Assembly: GCF_035761305.1 (NCBI RefSeq) | Contig: NZ_DASTRI010000001.1 | Location: forward strand, 14,150-78,149 | Reading direction: 5' to 3' | DNA from: Chitinophaga sp. | GTDB lineage: Bacteria > Bacteroidota > Bacteroidia > Chitinophagales > Chitinophagaceae | DNA length: 64,000 bases | In this document: piece by piece, positions 17,689 to 24,407 of the stretch | How the letters are laid out: every line of letters starts with the position of its first letter | How positions within the stretch are numbered: position 1 is the first letter of the stretch | Notes under the pieces: model-generated | Seen by the model: only the letters and a program-made list of their open reading frames with translations | Database searches by the model: none | What the model was told of the DNA's origin: nothing | Position numbers and translations under genes: made by a program

Positions 17689-17696
17689 TAGGTTTG
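17689..17696 (+). promoter_or_regulatory. -7 box TAGGTTTG overlapping the perfect 14-bp palindrome GTTTGCCGGCAAAC (17691-17704)
   Basis: Read directly, 26 nt upstream of the ATG at 17722. Confidence 0.4.
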
Positions 17697-17721
17697 CCGG
17701 CAAACAAATCATTGAATTATA

Positions 17722-18861
17722 ATGGCAGACTTTACGCACCTGCAGGATTTTTTACAACCCCTTTCCAAAGCCTCCCTGAACGAAGACCAGGAATATGATG
17801 CCGCGCAAATAGGCGGCATTACGGATTTATTTGAAGATGAACAGCTGCCCGACCTGGAAGCTGCGGATATTATTCTGCTGGGCGTAGGAGAAAACCGGGG
17901 CAATGGCCCTGGTAAAAAAAGCACCGATGCGCCGGATGTGATACGCAGCGAATTTTACCGCCTGTACTACTGGCACAAGGACGTAAAGATAGCCGACCTG
18001 GGCAACCTGCAGCAGGGCGTAAGCCTGGGCGATACCTATGCCGCCCTGCGCACCGTGCTGGGCGAGCTGCTGCAGCTGCAAAAACCGGTGATCATATTAG
18101 GCGGTTCGCACGATCTTACCTATGCACAATATAAAGCCTATGCCGGCCATGAATACATTGTGGAGGCTACCGTTGCCGATGCTATGATAGACCTGCAGGA
18201 AGAAAGCCTTGTGCCCGCCACCGGCTTTTTGATGGATATGCTTACGGAGCAGCCCAACTACATTAAACATTATAATCATCTCGGTTTCCAGAGCTATTTC
18301 GTGCACCCGCGTATGTTAGAAACGCTGGATAAGCTGCGGTTCGACTGTTTCCGCCTGGGCAAAGTGCGCGAGAACCTGGAGGAAGCGGAGCCCGTGCTGC
18401 GCAACACCGATCTTTTCAGCCTGGACATTAATATCATCAAACATACCGATGCGCCGGCCAACAGCCTGTCGCCCAACGGCTTCAGCGGAGAAGAAGCCTG
18501 TGCCCTGTCCCGCTACGCCGGCATGAGCAGCCAGCTGAGCTCCTACGGTATTTACGGCTACCAGCCCGCCCGCGATAAGGACCAGCTAACGGCCCGGCAG
18601 ATCGCGCAAATGCTGTGGTACTTTATGGATGGCCGCGCTGTAAAGAACAAGGAAGCGCTGCTGGAAGAAAGGGACGCCTTCTGGGAATTTCATATAGCCT
18701 TTGGCGATATAGACACGGTTTTCCTGAAAAGTAAAAAAACCGGCCGCTGGTGGATGCAGCTGCCAGGGAAGGATTTTGTGCCCTGTGCCTATAATGATTA
18801 CCTGCTGGCCAGCAACAACGAAATACCGGAAAGATGGCTGCGGCACCAGGAGCGAATGTGA
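17722..18861 (+). CDS. arginase/formimidoylglutamase-fold protein with substituted metal ligands
   Basis: 379-aa ORF. GGSHDLT aligns to GGDHS, VADAMID to DAHxD (His to Met), and SLDINIIKHTDAP to SxDxDxxDP (second Asp to Asn). Confidence 0.7.
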   Translation: MADFTHLQDFLQPLSKASLNEDQEYDAAQIGGITDLFEDEQLPDLEAADIILLGVGENRGNGPGKKSTDAPDVIRSEFYRLYYWHKDVKIADLGNLQQGVSLGDTYAALRTVLGELLQLQKPVIILGGSHDLTYAQYKAYAGHEYIVEATVADAMIDLQEESLVPATGFLMDMLTEQPNYIKHYNHLGFQSYFVHPRMLETLDKLRFDCFRLGKVRENLEEAEPVLRNTDLFSLDINIIKHTDAPANSLSPNGFSGEEACALSRYAGMSSQLSSYGIYGYQPARDKDQLTARQIAQMLWYFMDGRAVKNKEALLEERDAFWEFHIAFGDIDTVFLKSKKTGRWWMQLPGKDFVPCAYNDYLLASNNEIPERWLRHQERM

Positions 18862-18872
18862 GGGTAACTACC

Positions 18873-18903
18873 GTAATTCATAATTGACAATCCGTAATTG
18901 ACA
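18873..18903. repeat. short AATTACGAAT-family repeat (GTAATTCATAATTGACAATCCGTAATTGACA)
   Basis: Shares the GTAATT / AATTGAC words with the 11.9-12.2 kb and 52.6 kb elements. Confidence 0.55.
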
Positions 18904-18906
18904 CTT

Positions 18907-19800
18907 ATGCCTACTTCCAGAAGAGAGCGCCTGGCGCGTCTGAACCTTATCCATAACACGCAGGATGCAATACTTATTGTTATTGGAGTACTACTGGCCG
19001 CAGTGGGGCTTAAAGGATTTTTGCTGCCCAACGGCTTCCTGGATGGCGGGGTAACCGGTATTTCGCTGCTCGTTAACCGCCTTACCGGCTGGTCTATTTC
19101 CGTGCTGCTGGTGGTTATTAACATACCTTTTATTTTGCTGGCCTACCGCCAGTTATCTTTGCTGTTTACTTTTAAGGCGCTGGCGGCTATTGTTGGCCTG
19201 GCGGTGGCGCTGGTATTTTTAAAGGTGCCGGTTATTACCAGCGATAAGCTGCTGATAGCCATATTCGGCGGGTTTTTCCTGGGCGCGGGCATTGGCATGA
19301 GCGTGCGCGGCGGCGCAGTGCTGGATGGTACGGAGGTGCTGGCCCTGTATATTAACCGCAAAACAGTGCTGTCAATGGGTGAGGTGATCATGTACTTCAA
19401 CATCCTGATCTTTGGCGTGGCAGCGGTGCTGATAAATATAGAAACCGCTATGTATGCCATGCTCACCTACCTGTCGGCTTCCAAAACAGTTGATTTTATT
19501 ATACAGGGTTTTGAGGAATATATAGCCCTTACCGTTATATCGCCGGAAAGTGAGCTGATACGTAAAACCCTTACCTTAAAGCTGCGTAAGGGCGTAACCG
19601 TGTTCAAGGGCAAAAGCGGGTTTGGGAAGCGCGGCAGCGTAGACAGCGATATAGATATTGTGTATACCGTGGTTACCCGTTTAGAGGTGCACAGGATCAT
19701 TGATGAAATTGAAAAGATAGACAGCAGGGCGTTTATTGTACAGCATAATATCAACGATACCAAGGGCGGCATGATCAAGCGGCGCGCCACCCACGGTTAG
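18907..19800 (+). CDS. YitT family membrane protein (DUF2179 C-terminal domain)
   Basis: Multi-TM N-terminus with GGVTGISLL and C-terminal GVTVFKGKSGFG...VYTVVTRLE typical of YitT/DUF2179. Confidence 0.8.
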   Translation: MPTSRRERLARLNLIHNTQDAILIVIGVLLAAVGLKGFLLPNGFLDGGVTGISLLVNRLTGWSISVLLVVINIPFILLAYRQLSLLFTFKALAAIVGLAVALVFLKVPVITSDKLLIAIFGGFFLGAGIGMSVRGGAVLDGTEVLALYINRKTVLSMGEVIMYFNILIFGVAAVLINIETAMYAMLTYLSASKTVDFIIQGFEEYIALTVISPESELIRKTLTLKLRKGVTVFKGKSGFGKRGSVDSDIDIVYTVVTRLEVHRIIDEIEKIDSRAFIVQHNINDTKGGMIKRRATHG

Positions 19801-19827
19801 GCATATTTGAAAAATTCCTTTTTTGTT

Positions 19828-20706
19828 ATGATAAAACACGTTTTACCAGTAGTTGCGTTACTATGCTCCCTGGGAGCAGCACAGGCCCAGGAAAAAATAT
19901 ACCTCTATCCCAACCAGCCGGACCTGCATATTGGCGGGCGGAATAAAATTGCCGATGCGCCTTATATAGAGCATTTCAGCGCGCCGCACAAGAACGGCGC
20001 GGCAGTGCTCATATGCCCGGGCGGCGGCTATGCGGTAGTGGTAGATACCTATGAAGGAAAGGAGATAGCCGACTTTTTCACCAGCAAGGGGTACGACGCC
20101 ATTGTGCTGCATTACCGCGTGAATGATGAAGCCCAAACCGGCTCCCGCTATCCCGCGGCCTATAACGATGTAACTACCGCTATGCGCATAGTAAAATCCA
20201 AAGCGGCAGCATGGGGTTTTGACCCGGAAAAAACAGGGGTGATAGGCTTTTCGGCCGGCGGCCACCTGGCCTCCTGCCTGGCCACCATGCAGCAACCCGC
20301 CAACCCGCAGGCTGCCAATGCGCTGGAAAAATGGAGCACCCGGCCCGCTTTTGCCATACTCATGTACCCGGTTATTACCATGAAAGCGCCTTATAAACAT
20401 GCGGGCAGCACCAACATGCTGCTGGGCCCCGATCCTGCGCCTGGTATGACGGACTCCCTCAGCACCAATGAAAGGGTAACCGCACAAACACCGCCTACCA
20501 TGCTGGTGCATGCTACGGATGATAAGGTGGTTCCGGTTGAGAACAGCCTTATGTTTTATGAAGCCCTGAAGAAAAACGGGGTAAAGGCCACCCTGCATAT
20601 TTACGACCATGGCGGTCATGGGTTTGGGCTGGGCAAAAAAGACCCGGTGCTGCAATCCTGGCCGGAACTATGTATCGGCTGGCTGCAAAGCTTAGGCATG
20701 CCGTAA
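19828..20706 (+). CDS. secreted alpha/beta hydrolase (esterase/lipase, fold-3 type)
   Basis: Signal peptide; oxyanion LICPGGGY, nucleophile elbow GFSAGGHLA, catalytic HATDDKVV and GGHGF. Confidence 0.8.
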   Translation: MIKHVLPVVALLCSLGAAQAQEKIYLYPNQPDLHIGGRNKIADAPYIEHFSAPHKNGAAVLICPGGGYAVVVDTYEGKEIADFFTSKGYDAIVLHYRVNDEAQTGSRYPAAYNDVTTAMRIVKSKAAAWGFDPEKTGVIGFSAGGHLASCLATMQQPANPQAANALEKWSTRPAFAILMYPVITMKAPYKHAGSTNMLLGPDPAPGMTDSLSTNERVTAQTPPTMLVHATDDKVVPVENSLMFYEALKKNGVKATLHIYDHGGHGFGLGKKDPVLQSWPELCIGWLQSLGMP

Positions 20707-20707
20707 C

Positions 20708-21130
20708 TCAGCCGGCACTGGGGTAACGGCTTATCAGCTCTGTTACGCGGTCTTTTATATAAGCTGCTTTATGGTCGGTAGCAATGGCGCGGTCATCAAG
20801 CCCGGCCAGGGTTTTCTTGTGCAGCTTTTCCACGCGGGTGTCCAGCAGCTTAAAATAGGCGTCCTTTTTTTCTTTCCATTGCACCTGCTGCACGGCCAGG
20901 CGCTGGCGGTGGCTGGTGTCCAGGCGGCTGTACAGCTGCCGGTACACCAGGTCCAGCATGCTATCCAGCTGGCGGTAATATTCCAGCGCGCATCCGTACA
21001 TATACTGGCCTTTTGACAGGCAGCGCTGGTATTGGTTTTCCAGCGAGTCAATAGCGGCCTGTTTGTTCTGGGCCACCACGTTAAGGCATAACAGCAATAA
21101 CATTGGGATAAAAAGTAGCGATCTTTTCAT
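20708..21130 (-). CDS. DUF1311 / LprI-like (lysozyme inhibitor family) secreted protein
   Basis: Signal peptide MKRSLLFIPMLLLLCLNVVAQ; the pattern C..(Y)..LD..L..Y..L......Q..W resembles DUF1311. Confidence 0.55.
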   Translation of the reverse strand: MKRSLLFIPMLLLLCLNVVAQNKQAAIDSLENQYQRCLSKGQYMYGCALEYYRQLDSMLDLVYRQLYSRLDTSHRQRLAVQQVQWKEKKDAYFKLLDTRVEKLHKKTLAGLDDRAIATDHKAAYIKDRVTELISRYPSAG

Positions 21131-21342
21131 AGGCTCAAAAGCGGATAGGGAGGGCAAAGGTATGATAAAAAAAGATAATTCATGTAAACCATTATCCTGC
21201 CTGATCCGGAACCGCTTATAACCAGTTAGTTAAGCTATTTTATTTCATAGTTGCCCTGCACTACAGCGGCTGCTTAAAAACCGGGCAAAATTCAGTATTA
21301 TTAATGCAGCATCCTTTTTATTAAAAACCCAAAATCACTGTT

Positions 21343-22452
21343 ATGAATACACGTCGCCACTTTTTACAGCAGCTGGCCGCAACGGCCGTTACCATTCCCT
21401 TTATCCCGCTTTCCACCCTGGGCTGCGCACCTGGTAAACCAGGCGGGGATGTAATGTTGCGGGTAGCATTGATGGGCCTGGGCAGCTATGCCACCCGGGT
21501 GGCAGAAGCCATGAAAGACTGTACGCGCGCAAAGCTGGTAGGCGCTGTCAGCGGTACCCCCTCCAAGCTGAAGGACTGGCAAAGCAAATACGGTATTCCT
21601 GAAAAGAACTGCTATAACTATGATACTTACGACCAAATAAAGAATAACCCTGATATAGATGTAGTGTACATTACCACGCCCAACGCCCTGCACCACGATG
21701 GTGTGCTGCGGGTAGCCGCTGCGGGCAAGCATGTAATATGCGAAAAGCCCATGGCCTTAAACGCCAAACAGGGGCAGGAGATGGTAGATGCCTGTAAAAA
21801 GGCCGGCGTAAAGCTGCTGGTAGGCTACCGTATGCACTTTGAGCCGAAAACGCTGGAGGTGATACAAATGCGTAAAGACGGGGAGTTTGGCAAGATACTG
21901 TTCTTCCAGGGACAGTGCGGCTTTAGTATCGGCGACCCCACGCAATGGCGGCTGAACAAGGAGCTGGCCGGGGGTGGGTCACTGATGGATATTGGCATTT
22001 ACGCCATTAACGGCGCCCGCTATATGACCGGTGAAGACCCGGTATGGGTAACTGCCCAGGAAACCAAAACCAACCCTGAAAAATTTAAGGAAGGGGTAGA
22101 TGAAACCATACAGTTCCAGCTGGGCTTTCCCAGCGGCGCAGTGGCCTCCTGCCTCTCTACCTACAACATGAACAACCTGGACCGCTTTTACCTGGATGGG
22201 GAAAAGGGCTTTGCCGAAATGCAGCCTTCCACCGGTTACGGGCCTATTAAAGGCCGCACCCATAAAGGTGCGCTTACCCAACCGCACAAAACCCACCAAA
22301 CCATACAAATGGATGCTATGGCCGGCATTATACTGGCAAACGAAAAACCGCCCGTACCGGTAGATGGCGAAGAAGCGGTAAAAGACCTCAAGATCATTGA
22401 CGCTATTTACAAAGCCGTAAAGGAGCCGCATAAAATAGACCTGCAGCTGTAG
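21343..22452 (+). CDS. Tat-exported Gfo/Idh/MocA family oxidoreductase
   Basis: Twin-arginine signal MNTRRHFLQQLAATAV; Rossmann fold LMGLGSYA; EKPMALN motif. Confidence 0.85.
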   Translation: MNTRRHFLQQLAATAVTIPFIPLSTLGCAPGKPGGDVMLRVALMGLGSYATRVAEAMKDCTRAKLVGAVSGTPSKLKDWQSKYGIPEKNCYNYDTYDQIKNNPDIDVVYITTPNALHHDGVLRVAAAGKHVICEKPMALNAKQGQEMVDACKKAGVKLLVGYRMHFEPKTLEVIQMRKDGEFGKILFFQGQCGFSIGDPTQWRLNKELAGGGSLMDIGIYAINGARYMTGEDPVWVTAQETKTNPEKFKEGVDETIQFQLGFPSGAVASCLSTYNMNNLDRFYLDGEKGFAEMQPSTGYGPIKGRTHKGALTQPHKTHQTIQMDAMAGIILANEKPPVPVDGEEAVKDLKIIDAIYKAVKEPHKIDLQL

Positions 22453-22544
22453 GGCCGCACAGGGAAAAAATAAATCCCTACCTTAGCCCATTTAGCCGCC
22501 GGCGCAAAATGGGGGGCCGCGGCGTTTCGTATAATCATACCAGT

Positions 22545-24200
22545 ATGAGGTTCCGCTACCTACTTCTGCTGCTGTTACCGGTAACCGCCGTTGCCGGCCC
22601 CGGCAGCGATACGTTAATGCAGGCGCTGAACAGAACCATCCGCGCCACCGCTGCCTATGACCGGCAAAAGCTGCAACGGATCAATCATCTAAAAGCCCTG
22701 TACCCCGCTGCCCGCGGCCTGGTGCAGCAGTACAATGCCGCACAGCAGCTGTATGAGGAGTATAAAGTGTTCCAGTTCGACTCTGCCTTTACCTATGCCC
22801 GCGCCATGGAGCGCATAGCCACGGCCATGAACGACACTACCCGTATGGCCGCCTCCAAAAACAAGCTGGCCTTTGTGCTGCTGTCGGCCGGCAAGTTCAA
22901 GGAAGCCTTTGAATACCTGCAGGATGTGCATCCCCGGCAGCATACAGATAGCATCCGGGCCGAGTATTATACGCTCATGGGCCGCTATTACCACGACCTG
23001 GCCGATTACGACAGCGACAGCTATTATACCGCCAGGTACCAGGCCCTTGGCAATACCTGTTTTGACTCGGCCCTGGTGTACATACCGGCCGGCTCATTTG
23101 AAAGCCTGTACTATGCGGGCCTCAAGCACCTGAAGCAGGGCAGCGCCGATAAGGCCTTCACCCTTTTCCACACCCTGCTGGCCCGCCCCGCGCTTACCAA
23201 CCACCAGCTGGCTATTGTAAGCTCTACCCTCAGCTATATTTATGTGCTGAATAAAGACCGGCAAAGCGCCATTGCCGCGCAGGCCAGGGCAGCCATTGCC
23301 GACATCCGCTCCTCTACCAAAGAAACCGTTGCCACCTTTAACCTGGCCCAGCTGCTGTATGAGCAGGGCGATTTCGAAAAAGCATCTGTTTACATTGAAA
23401 AGGCCATTGACGACGCCAGCTTTTACGGCGCCCGCCAGCGTAAAGTGCAGGTAAGCGCCATCATGCCCATTATACAGGGCGCAAAAATCAGCTATATTGA
23501 GCGGCAGCGCAGGCTGTGGCTTACCTACGGCCTTATTGCCACGCTGGTGCTTATTGTACTGGGACTGCTGGTAGTGGTAATTTATAAACAGTACAACAAG
23601 CTGAAACGGGCGGAAAAAACCATTTCCGAAGCCCGTAATCGCCTGGAGCTGGCCAATCGGCAACTGCACCAGGCCAACGAAGCCTTGAAAAACCTGAACA
23701 CCGAGCTGCAGGATGTAAACGCCAGGCTGCTCGAAGCCAACAAAATAAAAGAAGAGTACATCGGGTATTTCTTTAACATCAGCTCTGTATTCTTTGAAAA
23801 AATAGTGCGGTTCAAAAACCTTATTGATCAAAAGATAGCCGACCGTAAGCCGGACGAGCTGCGTATGGTGCTGAACAATATTAATATGCGCAGCGAGCGG
23901 GATGACCTGCTGCGCAGCTTTGATAAGGTGTTCCTGAAGCTGTTTCCCACTTTTGTGGAGGAATTTAATAAGCTGTTTAATGAAGAAGACCAGGTAGTGC
24001 TGAAGAACGATGAGCTGCTGAACAATGAGCTGCGTATTTATGCCCTTATGCGCATGGGCATTACCGAGAACGAAAAAATAGCCCAGATACTGGAATATTC
24101 CGTTAAAACCATTTACGCCTACAAAACCAGGATCCGCAACCGCACCATTGTGCCCAAGGACGAATTTGATAAAAAAGTGATGGCCGTAAAGTCGGTTTAG
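22545..24200 (+). CDS. DUF6377-type transmembrane regulator (periplasmic TPR-like domain, one TM, coiled coil, C-terminal HTH)
   Basis: Signal peptide; about 300 aa helical-repeat region; TM LWLTYGLIATLVLIVLGLLVVVIY; heptad-rich KRAEKTISEARNRLELANRQLHQANEALKNLNTELQDVNARLLEANK; C-terminal NELRIYALMRMGITENEKIAQILEYSVKTIYAYKTRIRNR. Confidence 0.75.
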   Translation: MRFRYLLLLLLPVTAVAGPGSDTLMQALNRTIRATAAYDRQKLQRINHLKALYPAARGLVQQYNAAQQLYEEYKVFQFDSAFTYARAMERIATAMNDTTRMAASKNKLAFVLLSAGKFKEAFEYLQDVHPRQHTDSIRAEYYTLMGRYYHDLADYDSDSYYTARYQALGNTCFDSALVYIPAGSFESLYYAGLKHLKQGSADKAFTLFHTLLARPALTNHQLAIVSSTLSYIYVLNKDRQSAIAAQARAAIADIRSSTKETVATFNLAQLLYEQGDFEKASVYIEKAIDDASFYGARQRKVQVSAIMPIIQGAKISYIERQRRLWLTYGLIATLVLIVLGLLVVVIYKQYNKLKRAEKTISEARNRLELANRQLHQANEALKNLNTELQDVNARLLEANKIKEEYIGYFFNISSVFFEKIVRFKNLIDQKIADRKPDELRMVLNNINMRSERDDLLRSFDKVFLKLFPTFVEEFNKLFNEEDQVVLKNDELLNNELRIYALMRMGITENEKIAQILEYSVKTIYAYKTRIRNRTIVPKDEFDKKVMAVKSV

Positions 24201-24407
24201 CCCCTGATTTTCTTTCTCGCATAGATATATGATTATTATTTAAATGTGTTTGTAAGGCCTTCGTTAGCAGTGCCTTATATTTTTCCGCACCGCGGCAGGC
24301 CCTGCTATTTTCTATATTTTAAGGCTATTAATTTGCCGCCTTCTGCGGATGGTTTTCTTTTGACATTATAAGCTTATACCTGGTTCCACAAATTCCACTC
24401 TTTCACA

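Noticed and set aside
17488-17739. 83-aa minus-strand ORF upstream of the arginase-fold gene
   Set aside because: It overlaps the start and promoter box of the 17722 gene, and has no signal, motif or start context. The interval is left as unassigned non-coding.
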